Assembly (NCBI GenBank): GCA_016206785.1
Contig: JACQQV010000012.1
Coordinates: 9,176 to 73,175, forward strand
Origin: Candidatus Omnitrophota bacterium
GTDB lineage: Bacteria > Omnitrophota > Gorgyraeia > JACQQV01
DNA: 64,000 bases
Direction of reading: 5' to 3'
In this document: positions 56,025 to 64,000 of the stretch, one piece after another
Layout: each line of letters opens with the position of its first letter
How positions within the stretch are numbered: the stretch's first letter is position 1
Notes under the pieces: model-generated
Seen by the model: only the letters and a program-made list of their open reading frames with translations
What the model was told of the DNA's origin: nothing
Database searches by the model: none
Translations under genes and position numbers: made by a program

Positions 56025-57158
56025 TTAAAAGATAGTGTTAAAGAGGGCTCCGAGGAGAAGGACTTGGGGGATTGTTAAAAGAACGGTCCAGAGGGCGGTC
56101 CGTTTCCCGATATTGGCCCAGAGGAGACTGATTTCCGTGTAGTCGGTGATGACGCCGGCCATGAGAAAGACGAAACTATTTCCAAAGGCGCCTGTGGAAC
56201 GATAGAGTTCGAAGGCGAGGGGGGAACTTCCTTCGGAACAGGTCTCGATCGCCGTAGCAGCCACAAGGGTGCTTAAAAGACCAAGGGGGGTGGGGCCAAA
56301 GAAACGATGAAAGATTTCTTTCGGGATAAAGGCAGAAACCGCTCCTGCCAAAACAACACCTAAAAGAACCCACGGAAGCACCATTTCGGAAAGAAACCCC
56401 ATACTCTTCAGCGTCCCTTTCAGATCTTTTCGCCACGTGGCCAATGACCATTCTCTGGCTCGAAGACGCTTCTTGAAATCTTGCCAAATGGAAAAATCAC
56501 CGGAAACACTGACGGTATTCGGATTCCTCTCTACCCACCCTCGACGAGAAAGTCCCTGAAAAAGGACCCCTGTCACCAGTGCAACTCCCATGGCGGAGAG
56601 GATGAAGACCCACCCTTTGAGGCCAAAAAGTCCTAACAAAAGAAAAGTGACGGAGAGGTTCGCCCAGGGACTTGCGAGAAGAAAGGTGACCACCGAGGCT
56701 GCAGAGGCCCCCTTTTTGTACAGGGCCATGGAAAGGGCGAGGATCCCGTGGCTACAGGCACTCGCCAGAAATCCTAAAAGTGTCGCATGCACAAGGGTTT
56801 TTCTGGAAGAACCAGCCAACACAGAAGAAATATATTCTTTTGGGATATAGTAATCGATGAGCCCTCCTAAAAAGAGACCGAGTGTTACCGCCCACCAGAT
56901 GATTTTAAGATACACGAACAGACCGTGGCGTAGGGGTTGAAGAGAGGAGAAAAGAAAGGTTAAGAATAGAAGGAGGACAAGAAGCGCAAGACTGACCATG
57001 GTTTTGGTGAGGATGCCTGTAGAAGTTGAATCCCCTTCCTGTCCAATAAACTTTTTCTGACATCTCGCAGAACAGAAAAAGTATTTTTCCCCTTTCTGTG
57101 TGGTTTGAAAGGGGGCTGTTTCCAAAACAGTCATCCCGCAGATCGGATCTTTTGGCAT
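56025..57158 (-). CDS. YHS/TRASH-domain-fused permease (DUF318/ArsP-like two-repeat membrane transporter)
   Basis: N-terminal metal-binding YHS domain (DPICGMTV...KYFFCSARCQKKF) followed by ~8 TM helices. It sits directly downstream of csoR. Confidence 0.6.
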   Translation of the reverse strand: MPKDPICGMTVLETAPFQTTQKGEKYFFCSARCQKKFIGQEGDSTSTGILTKTMVSLALLVLLLFLTFLFSSLQPLRHGLFVYLKIIWWAVTLGLFLGGLIDYYIPKEYISSVLAGSSRKTLVHATLLGFLASACSHGILALSMALYKKGASAASVVTFLLASPWANLSVTFLLLGLFGLKGWVFILSAMGVALVTGVLFQGLSRRGWVERNPNTVSVSGDFSIWQDFKKRLRAREWSLATWRKDLKGTLKSMGFLSEMVLPWVLLGVVLAGAVSAFIPKEIFHRFFGPTPLGLLSTLVAATAIETCSEGSSPLAFELYRSTGAFGNSFVFLMAGVITDYTEISLLWANIGKRTALWTVLLTIPQVLLLGALFNTIF

Positions 57159-57160
57159 CC

Positions 57161-57430
57161 CTATTTCACAAATTGGTTAATGGTGGCCATCAGTTCATCA
57201 ATCTTTGTGCTCCCTTTCCCTTCCTTGACCGCGCTTGCGACACAACTTTCAATATGGCGTTTCATGACCGAAAGCGCCACCTGATCCAGCGCCCGCTGGG
57301 CTGCGGTAATCTGATTGATGATGTCGACGCAATATTTTTCTTCGTCGACCATCTTGAGAATACCCTTGATCTGCCCTTCAATCTTCCGGAGCCGCAGCAG
57401 GGCATCCTCTTTGACTTCACGGTTGATCAT
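57161..57430 (-). CDS. csoR: CsoR/RcnR/FrmR-family metal-sensing transcriptional repressor
   Basis: C-H-C signature (CVDIINQITAAQRALDQVALSVMKRHIESC). The ATG start at 57430 has a GGTGAGG Shine-Dalgarno; the ORF table uses a GTG at 57439. Confidence 0.8.
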   Translation of the reverse strand: MINREVKEDALLRLRKIEGQIKGILKMVDEEKYCVDIINQITAAQRALDQVALSVMKRHIESCVASAVKEGKGSTKIDELMATINQFVK

Positions 57431-57445
57431 TGACCTCACCTTCCT

Positions 57446-57898
57446 TTAATCTAAATGGCTATGAGACACTGTTATTTTCCCGACATCGAATTCATAAACG
57501 AGTCGTCCTCCCAAGTAGGCCCCAAAACCTAAAACTGAAACCACTCCTGCCAATAGAATCAGATAGACGATTCGTTGAAACGGAATCTTCCATTTTAAAC
57601 TCACTAACCACCAGACACTTAACGCCGAAGAGGTGGCGAGAACCGAAATTCCTAACTTCTTGTGAAGGTTCATCACCTGATGAATTTCAAAACTATGTTT
57701 TGCGACCGCCTCTGCTCTTAAACCGCTCCAGACGGACGCCGCTGCCCCCAGGGCACCAGCCACAAGACACCATCGCGCGGTGAGCCGCCACGCCTCGATG
57801 CGGAAAACCCAAGCAAGGCATTCAAATAAAAGTGAGGCAATGAGGAGCGCGATCGGAAAATGGACAATGAGTGGATGAACGCTTTGCATCGGAAGCAT
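57446..57898 (-). CDS. DUF2231-like membrane protein
   Basis: HPLIVHFPIALL N-terminal motif with four predicted TM helices. Confidence 0.45.
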   Translation of the reverse strand: MLPMQSVHPLIVHFPIALLIASLLFECLAWVFRIEAWRLTARWCLVAGALGAAASVWSGLRAEAVAKHSFEIHQVMNLHKKLGISVLATSSALSVWWLVSLKWKIPFQRIVYLILLAGVVSVLGFGAYLGGRLVYEFDVGKITVSHSHLD

Positions 57899-58296
57899 CA
57901 GCGTACCCCGATGTGCTCCACAGCGATAAACTTCATTCCGTCCTGTTCCGTTACCTTTCCATGAACGGTGACTTCCTTGCCCGCAAAATTTGCAAGCGTC
58001 TGATTGGCGGGACTATGGTCAGACATCGTTGCAAGGTAAAGCTGGTCGTTGGAACGGATGGCGACCGGAAGTCCTCCCAAGATACATTTCTTGGCGCAAT
58101 CGGCATGCTTCGGGCCCAGTCCCTCTTTCCCGTGACTCATGTAGCAGAGAACATCGACGACTTCACCGGTCAAGCCTGCCATGCCTTCCTCTTTTTGTGA
58201 CGCCGCGTGGTGCTCTTCATCGGCCAGGGCAAGCCCCCACGTCATGAACGTGACCACCGAAAACAAAATGAACGCCTTTAAAACGCTCTGGTACAT
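57898..58296 (-). CDS. hypothetical periplasmic Cys/His-containing protein
   Basis: Signal peptide (FILFSVVTFMTWGLALA), a CYMSHGKEG...HADCAKKC segment, and an AAAGGGGG Shine-Dalgarno. Confidence 0.45.
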   Translation of the reverse strand: MYQSVLKAFILFSVVTFMTWGLALADEEHHAASQKEEGMAGLTGEVVDVLCYMSHGKEGLGPKHADCAKKCILGGLPVAIRSNDQLYLATMSDHSPANQTLANFAGKEVTVHGKVTEQDGMKFIAVEHIGVR

Positions 58297-58345
58297 CTGT
58301 TCCCCCTTTCTTAAGGTCGAGAATACTTAACGTTCGATTCTTCCG

Positions 58346-58993
58346 TCACGGCTTCTTCGCGATAAGCCGCATCATGCCATAGTGCGGCGGCGCTATGAAG
58401 TGACCCACATGGGTGACGAAGAGCCCTCCGGTCTCCAGCATCTTTCTGACCTCCTCCACACGAAACATCTTGACATACGTACGATCTGTAAGTTGCAGCC
58501 ACCGATGCATCACACGGTAAAACCAGAAGTCCCGGCACCAGTCCACGAGAACAAACCGGCCATTCGGGCGCAGCATCCTTGCGCATTCCTGAATGAACGT
58601 GGCAGGTTTGCGGACATTGTGGAGCATGTTGGCACAGAGGACCCTGTCGAATGTCTCCGGTCTGAAAGGGAGACGCTCCGCTTGAGCCATCAGGAGGGCT
58701 ACCTGCGGAAAAGAGGCGAGTCTTTTCTGCGCGATGTTGAGCATGCTTCGGGAGATATCCATTCCTATGATGCTGACGGTATCAAAGCGCTCCACAACCA
58801 TCTGTTCGAACTTTCCTGTCCCACAGCCTACGTCTAAGATATGTTCACCCCCAGAAAGATCCAGGCATTCAAATATGGCTTTAAACGTCCGCTCGCTATA
58901 ACTCCTCCATCGTCGATCGTAGTCTACTGCAAGCCGGTCGTAGTGGCCGACGGTTTCATCATAGATCGGCACTTTTTGTGCGATACATTTCAT
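58346..58993 (-). CDS. class I SAM-dependent methyltransferase
   Basis: Motif I ILDVGCGTGKF and a post-I acidic residue. Start set at MKCIAQK, giving a 4-nt overlap with the ATPase stop. Confidence 0.75.
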   Translation of the reverse strand: MKCIAQKVPIYDETVGHYDRLAVDYDRRWRSYSERTFKAIFECLDLSGGEHILDVGCGTGKFEQMVVERFDTVSIIGMDISRSMLNIAQKRLASFPQVALLMAQAERLPFRPETFDRVLCANMLHNVRKPATFIQECARMLRPNGRFVLVDWCRDFWFYRVMHRWLQLTDRTYVKMFRVEEVRKMLETGGLFVTHVGHFIAPPHYGMMRLIAKKP

Positions 58994-61683
58994 TCCAAAC
59001 TCCGACGAGAACTGCCCGCGCGGGGCAGGGCTTTGACGATTTCCATTCCCCACAATGGAAGAGACGAAACGGCGACCATGATTCCCCAATCCAACATGGA
59101 GAGAGGTTCAGTCTTGAAAACGGGCCAGGCCCAGGGGAAATAGACAATGATATTCTGCAGGATAAATGAAATGAGGATCGCTCCGATGAGCTTCATATTT
59201 GAAAAAAGGCCGAGTGTAAAAATGGAGAGCCGCTCGCTCCGGCAATTTAAAGAATGAAAAAGTTGTGAGAGGACCAAAACGCCGAAGGCAAACGTTCTCG
59301 CCCGACCTAAGTCTTCCTTTTCGATCCACAAAACAAAGGCAAATCCGAGAAGGGTGGAAAGAGCGATGAGGGAGCCAATACCGACCATCCGGCGTAAAAA
59401 GGTGGGGGTGATGAGTTCTGTGGTAGAGCGCCGTTTCATCAGGCCCGGTTCGACTGGATCGACGCCGAGGGCAAGCGCCGGAAGCCCATCTGTCGCGATG
59501 TTGACCCAGAGGATATGAATAGGGAAAAGGGGCAGGGGCCACCCCAGAAGGGCCGCTACAAACATCGTGAGAACCTCGCCAGCGTTGCAGGAGAGAAGAT
59601 AAAAAACAAACTTTTTGATGTTTTCAAAAATGGCGCGGCCCTCTTCCACTGCTGCCACGATCGAGGCAAAATTGTCATCGGTGACGACCATGTCAGAGGC
59701 CTCCTTGGTCACATCGGTCCCGGTAATTCCCATCGCAACCCCGATATGGGCCTCTTTCACAGCAGGGGCGTCGTTTACCCCGTCGCCTGTCATCGCGACG
59801 ATTGCGCCCTGTTTTTTCCACGCTTTCACGATGCGTAACTTATGCTCTGCGGAGACACGGGCATAGACCGAAATATTCTTCACCTTCGACTCAAGCGCCT
59901 CTTGAGAAAGTGTATCTAACTGAGCCCCTGTCAAAACCTCCTCTCCCCCCCGCAAGATCCCTAATTCTTTGGCAATGGCGGATGCCGTATTGGGATGGTC
60001 TCCTGTAATCATGACGCTCCGGATCCCCGCCTCGACACAGTCCGAAACCGCGCGCTTCACCTCTTCCCGAGGAGGATCCATCATGGCCAGAAGACCTACA
60101 TAGACAAGATCTTTCTCGATCATCTGGGGCTCTATTCTTCTTGGAAGTTCTGAAATCCGGCGGTACGCTATCATCAACACGCGGAGGGCTTGCGTTGCAA
60201 GTTCTGCATTCTTATTGAGAATTGCCTCTCGGTCTTCCTCTTTTAAGGGACGGGCCTCCCCGTCGATCATCCAGTGCGTGCATTCTTTCAATACAATATC
60301 TGGCGCTCCTTTGACAAAGACAACCAGCCCCTCTTCCTCTTTCCGAATCACGGACATCTTTTTCCGTTCAGAATCAAAAGGGATTTCGGCCACCAAGGGG
60401 AAAGCTTCCTCCAATTCCTTCTTCCAAAGTCCAGCCTTTGCGGCAACGGTCAAGAGGGCCCCCTCCGTCGGGTCTCCGATAACCTCCCAATCGTTTCCCT
60501 TCTTCTGAAGATGGGCACTGTTACAGAGAATGCCGATCCGTAAAAGAAGTTCGACGTCCGAAAATTCCTTTGGAGAAACTTCCGTCTCTCCGTGATGGTA
60601 CTTCCCCTCAGGGGCATATCCTCTTCCGGAAACCGTGAGGAGTTTTTGCCCAACCACCATGGCCCTTACCGTCATCTCATTCTTGGTCAACGTCCCTGTC
60701 TTATCGGAACAGATGACCGTGGCAGAACCAAGCGTCTCAACGGAAGGGAGTTTTCGGATCAGGGCGTTTCGTTTCACCATCCGCTGGACGCCGAGCGCAA
60801 GGGATATCGTCACAACCGCAGGGAGCCCTTCCGGAATGGCTGCGACCGCAAGACTCACCGCGGTTAAGAAAAGTTCCAGAGGATCCCCCTTCCGCCAGAG
60901 CCCCAAGAAAAAAACAACGGCAACAATCCCGAAGCAGATATACACAAGGATCTTCCCGAACTTCTCGAGGCGTTCTTTGAGGGGAGTGGTTTCTTCTTCA
61001 ACGGTCTGGACGAGTTCTGCAATTTTTCCAAGTTCGGTCTGCATACCGGTAGCCACCGCGACAGCCCGACCCTTCCCCGAGGTGAGTATGGTGCCCTGAT
61101 ACACCATTGAAAACCGGTCTCCCAAGGAGGCGTTTTCCGGCGCCGGATCGGGGCGTTTCTCGACGGGGAGAGATTCTCCTGTCAGCGCCGCCTCTTGCGC
61201 CTTGAGGACGTAGCTCACGGTGATGCGCGCATCGGCTGGTACATGATCCCCCGCCTCAAGTTCCAGAAGATCCCCTACCACCACTTCCCGAGAAGGGACA
61301 AAACGCACTGCCCCATCGCGGATGATCTTCGCTCGGGGGGCTGAAAGTTTTTTCAAGGCGGCGAGTGCTTTTTCGGCACGGTATTCTTGAATAAATCCAA
61401 GAATGGCGTTCAAAATCACGATGGCAATAATAGCGAGCGCATCAATCCATTCCTTCAAAAATCCTGAAACCGCTGCCGCACCGATCAAAACCCAGATGAT
61501 AAAATCCTTGAACTGGTCCAAAAAGATTCCAAATGCGGTTGGCCCTTTTTTCTCCTTCAGTTCATTGGGACCGTCGCGCAAAAGTCGCTGGCTTGCCTCT
61601 GAAGCAGAAAGCCCCCTCGAGAGACCTGTCGAAAGAACTTGAACGATCTCTTCGATAGACGCGGCATGCCAATGTTGCGTCAC
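58990..61683 (-). CDS. P-type ATPase, type IIA (Ca2+/cation-transporting, SERCA/PMCA-like)
   Basis: DKTGTLT phosphorylation site, TGES, PEGL in TM4 (a type II signature; there is no CPC motif), and [10 protein letters not shown]. Length 897 aa. Confidence 0.9.
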   Translation of the reverse strand: MTQHWHAASIEEIVQVLSTGLSRGLSASEASQRLLRDGPNELKEKKGPTAFGIFLDQFKDFIIWVLIGAAAVSGFLKEWIDALAIIAIVILNAILGFIQEYRAEKALAALKKLSAPRAKIIRDGAVRFVPSREVVVGDLLELEAGDHVPADARITVSYVLKAQEAALTGESLPVEKRPDPAPENASLGDRFSMVYQGTILTSGKGRAVAVATGMQTELGKIAELVQTVEEETTPLKERLEKFGKILVYICFGIVAVVFFLGLWRKGDPLELFLTAVSLAVAAIPEGLPAVVTISLALGVQRMVKRNALIRKLPSVETLGSATVICSDKTGTLTKNEMTVRAMVVGQKLLTVSGRGYAPEGKYHHGETEVSPKEFSDVELLLRIGILCNSAHLQKKGNDWEVIGDPTEGALLTVAAKAGLWKKELEEAFPLVAEIPFDSERKKMSVIRKEEEGLVVFVKGAPDIVLKECTHWMIDGEARPLKEEDREAILNKNAELATQALRVLMIAYRRISELPRRIEPQMIEKDLVYVGLLAMMDPPREEVKRAVSDCVEAGIRSVMITGDHPNTASAIAKELGILRGGEEVLTGAQLDTLSQEALESKVKNISVYARVSAEHKLRIVKAWKKQGAIVAMTGDGVNDAPAVKEAHIGVAMGITGTDVTKEASDMVVTDDNFASIVAAVEEGRAIFENIKKFVFYLLSCNAGEVLTMFVAALLGWPLPLFPIHILWVNIATDGLPALALGVDPVEPGLMKRRSTTELITPTFLRRMVGIGSLIALSTLLGFAFVLWIEKEDLGRARTFAFGVLVLSQLFHSLNCRSERLSIFTLGLFSNMKLIGAILISFILQNIIVYFPWAWPVFKTEPLSMLDWGIMVAVSSLPLWGMEIVKALPRAGSSRRSLE

Positions 61684-64000
61684 TTTTTATCTCCTTGTCT
61701 TGCGAGACCGAAATCCCCCTTCCAGATCGTATAAATCGCGGGAAGGACGATGAGGGTAAGAATCATTGAGGAAGTGAGCCCTCCGATCAGGGGGGCGGCG
61801 ATCCGTTTCATGACATCGGCGCCCGTTCCTGTTGAAAGCATGACCGGCATAAGCCCCAAGATATTCGCGCCCACCGTCATCAGTTTTGGACGGAGCCTTT
61901 GAGCGGAACCTTCCATCACGGCGTCGTAAAGATCCTGCATCGTTTTCATTTTCCCGTCCTGTTTACGGCGATTGAAGGCTTCATCCAGGTACACAATCAT
62001 AATCGAACCGGTTTCGGCCGCCACCCCCGCAAGGGCAATAAGCCCCACCCACACGGCAATACTCATGTTGTATCGTAAAAAGAAAAGGTACCAGATGCCG
62101 CCTACAAGGGCGAAGGGGACTGAGAGCATCACGATCAAGGTTTCTGTGACAGACTGGAATGTAAAATAATAGAGGACAAAAATAATAAGAAGGGTGAGCG
62201 GCACAAAAACCTTCAAGCGATTTTTGACCCTCTCCATATATTCATACTGACCGCTCCAGGAGAGGGCGTACCCGGTTGGAAGCTTTATTTTTTCACGGAC
62301 GATCCGCTTGGCCTCGGTAACATATCCCCCCACATCCCTCCCGGCCATATCCACGTAAACATAACCGGAGAGGAGACCGTTCTCATCCCGAATCATCGAA
62401 GGGCCTGAGGTAAAATGGATATCGGCAATGAGAGAAATAGGAATTTGGACTCCGGACGGGATTTGAATCAAGACGCGTTTGAGACTATCCAGGTCGTCCC
62501 TCAGCTCCCGGGCATACCGGACATTCACCGGATACCGCTCGCGTCCCTCGATGGTGGTTGTGATATTTTCACCCCCGATTGCAGACATAATGACCATCTG
62601 CGCCTCTTCGACCGAAAGCCCATAGCGGGCAAGTGCTTCCCGATTTAAATCAAAATCCAAAAAATAGCCGCCGGCAACCCGCTCGGCGTAGACACTCCGG
62701 GTTCCTTTGACCTCTTTAAGGGCCTTTTCAATCTTTTCGCCGATTCGTTCAATTTCTTTAAGATCTGATCCATAAATTTTAATTCCGATGGGGGTTCGAA
62801 CACCCGTGGATAACATGTCAATCCGATTTTTAATCGGCATCGTCCAGGCATTCGTTTGTCCTGGGAGCTGAAGTTTTTTATCCATCTCATCAACCAATTT
62901 CTCCCAAGTTATTCCCTTGCGCCAAGACTTTTTGTCTTTGAGAATGACCGTTGTCTCCACCATGGAGAAGGGAGCCGGGTCCGTTGAAGTTTCGGCACGT
63001 CCGACTTTACCAAAAACCCGCTCAACCTCTGGAAAACCCCTTAGAATTTTATCCTGAACCTGCAAAAGTTTTCCGGCCTCGGTTACAGAAAGCCCCGGAA
63101 GGGTGGTCGGCATATAAAGGATACTCCCTTCATTCAAGGGGGGCATAAACTCTGAGCCCATCATGAGAAATGCGGGAGTGGTCATCAGCATACCGAGGAA
63201 GGCAAACACCACAATCATTTTCCTGTGTTCAATGGCCTTATGAACCAGGGGGGTATAAAGCCGGATGAGCCATTGACTGATGGGATGTTTATCCTCCGAG
63301 ATAATTTTTCCTCGTAAGAAAACCATAATAAGGGCAGGGGTTAAGGTAATCGCCAAAAGGGCCGAGAAAAAGATCGCATAATTTTTAGTAAAGGCAAGCG
63401 GTTTAAAAAGCCGTCCCTCCTGGGCTTCGAGGGTAAAGATGGGGATAAAGGCAACCGCCAAAACAACAAGAGAAGCAAAAATCGGAGGGCCCACCTCTTT
63501 CATCGACTGAATCAAAATTTCCTCCCGTGTTCCTTTGCGAATTCCTTTCCCCCACTCATCGAGTCTCTTGTGGGCATTCTCGACGAAGACAATTGAAGCG
63601 TCCACCATATCGCCAATCGCGACCACGATCCCGCCGAGAGACATGATATTGGCGGTGAGCCTCATCCAACTCATCGGGAGAAAGGCAATGAGGGTCGCGA
63701 TGGGAAGCGTAATAATCGGAATCATTGCGGAGGGGATATGAAGAAGGAAAAAAAGAATCATGACACTTACGATGATAAGTTCTTGAATGAGATTCTGTTT
63801 CACTGTATCGATAGAACGTTTGATAAGGTCCCCGCGGTCATAGGTCGTCAGAATCCTAACCCCTTCGGGAAGTGAGGGTTCAATCTCTTTAAGTTTCACT
63901 TTAACCCGGTCGATCACCCGAAGGGCATTCTCCCCATAGCGCATGACAACGATTCCTCCAACCACCTCCCCTTCCCCATCGAGTTCTGAAAGCCCTCTCC
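61680..64000 (-). CDS. heavy-metal efflux RND permease (CusA/CzcA HME family), partial - N-terminus lies beyond the window edge
   Basis: HME-RND pattern (VVMRYGENALRVIDRVKVKLKEI) and multiple TM clusters. The reading frame stays open to position 64000. Confidence 0.85.
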   Translation of the reverse strand, partial: RGLSELDGEGEVVGGIVVMRYGENALRVIDRVKVKLKEIEPSLPEGVRILTTYDRGDLIKRSIDTVKQNLIQELIIVSVMILFFLLHIPSAMIPIITLPIATLIAFLPMSWMRLTANIMSLGGIVVAIGDMVDASIVFVENAHKRLDEWGKGIRKGTREEILIQSMKEVGPPIFASLVVLAVAFIPIFTLEAQEGRLFKPLAFTKNYAIFFSALLAITLTPALIMVFLRGKIISEDKHPISQWLIRLYTPLVHKAIEHRKMIVVFAFLGMLMTTPAFLMMGSEFMPPLNEGSILYMPTTLPGLSVTEAGKLLQVQDKILRGFPEVERVFGKVGRAETSTDPAPFSMVETTVILKDKKSWRKGITWEKLVDEMDKKLQLPGQTNAWTMPIKNRIDMLSTGVRTPIGIKIYGSDLKEIERIGEKIEKALKEVKGTRSVYAERVAGGYFLDFDLNREALARYGLSVEEAQMVIMSAIGGENITTTIEGRERYPVNVRYARELRDDLDSLKRVLIQIPSGVQIPISLIADIHFTSGPSMIRDENGLLSGYVYVDMAGRDVGGYVTEAKRIVREKIKLPTGYALSWSGQYEYMERVKNRLKVFVPLTLLIIFVLYYFTFQSVTETLIVMLSVPFALVGGIWYLFFLRYNMSIAVWVGLIALAGVAAETGSIMIVYLDEAFNRRKQDGKMKTMQDLYDAVMEGSAQRLRPKLMTVGANILGLMPVMLSTGTGADVMKRIAAPLIGGLTSSMILTLIVLPAIYTIWKGDFGLARQGDKK

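Noticed and set aside
58963-58978. Sigma-54-like motif cGGCACtttttgTGC on the plus strand
   Set aside because: Correct spacing, but it lies inside the methyltransferase coding region and faces the opposite way to all nearby genes. It is probably a chance match.
1-64000. CRISPR arrays, insertion sequences, integrases, rRNA genes, prophage structural genes
   Set aside because: Searched by eye for regularly spaced direct repeats, transposase DDE motifs, integrase motifs and rRNA-like conserved blocks. None were found. The only repeats are the short hairpin elements reported above.

Overview
This 64 kb window is from a diderm (Gram-negative-type) bacterial chromosome of moderately high GC. Almost every gene is on the minus strand; only three substantial plus-strand genes are present. 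The gene content (ribonuclease Y with YmdB, an archaeal-type cofactor-independent phosphoglycerate mutase, a fused AhbA/AhbB siroheme decarboxylase, TonB-ExbBD and OmpA) is compatible with a Nitrospirota- or Deltaproteobacteria-like lineage; this is inference only. From left to right the window contains: (a) an envelope and stress cluster: GIY-YIG protein, a trehalose-6-phosphate synthase (OtsA) with an unusual membrane-sensor N-terminal extension, a sodium:solute symporter, hflK-hflC, a YccA/BI-1 family protein and MscS. (b) A three-gene secreted peptidoglycan-binding/OmpA-LysM operon that lies behind a perfect sigma-54 promoter, directly downstream of a sigma-54-dependent NtrC-type response regulator and histidine kinase pair. 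(c) A small accessory islet (Phd/YefM-RelE/ParE toxin-antitoxin pair plus a Fic protein) that abuts tRNA-Gln(CUG), followed by gltX. (d) A housekeeping run: a fused indolepyruvate/2-oxoacid:ferredoxin oxidoreductase, dxs-ispA-xseB-xseA, ymdB-rny, 5-formyltetrahydrofolate cyclo-ligase and an Rrf2 regulator. (e) The standout feature: a 1,598-aa plus-strand orphan ORF with its own promoter. It has a signal-peptide-like N-terminus, a ~700-aa region of unknown fold with coiled-coil-like K/E/R-rich stretches, three tandem sigma-70-region-3-like helix-turn-helix repeats and a C-terminal GpmA-like histidine-phosphatase domain that is bracketed by a 28-nt direct repeat. (f) A DJ-1/PfpI protein, a TrpD-like protein lacking the PRPP-binding motif, a fused siroheme decarboxylase, a YkoF-like protein, apgM and an Nfu-ApbC iron-sulfur pair. 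(g) An NlpC/P60 peptidase, a DUF819-like membrane protein, an APC permease, an M15 peptidase and citrate synthase. (h) A Fur-headed iron/metal uptake block: fur, a YezD-like small protein, a TonB-dependent receptor, exbB-exbD-tonB and a ZIP transporter. (i) A redox and NAD group: GT2 glycosyltransferase, TlpA, CcdA, DUF2064 and a nicotinate phosphoribosyltransferase-family protein. (j) A copper/metal block: csoR, a YHS-domain permease, a type IIA P-type ATPase and the C-terminal three quarters of a heavy-metal RND pump that runs off the window edge. No rRNA, CRISPR array, transposase or integrase was recognised. Several repeated hairpin elements, probable terminators, promoters and operator-like palindromes are listed below.
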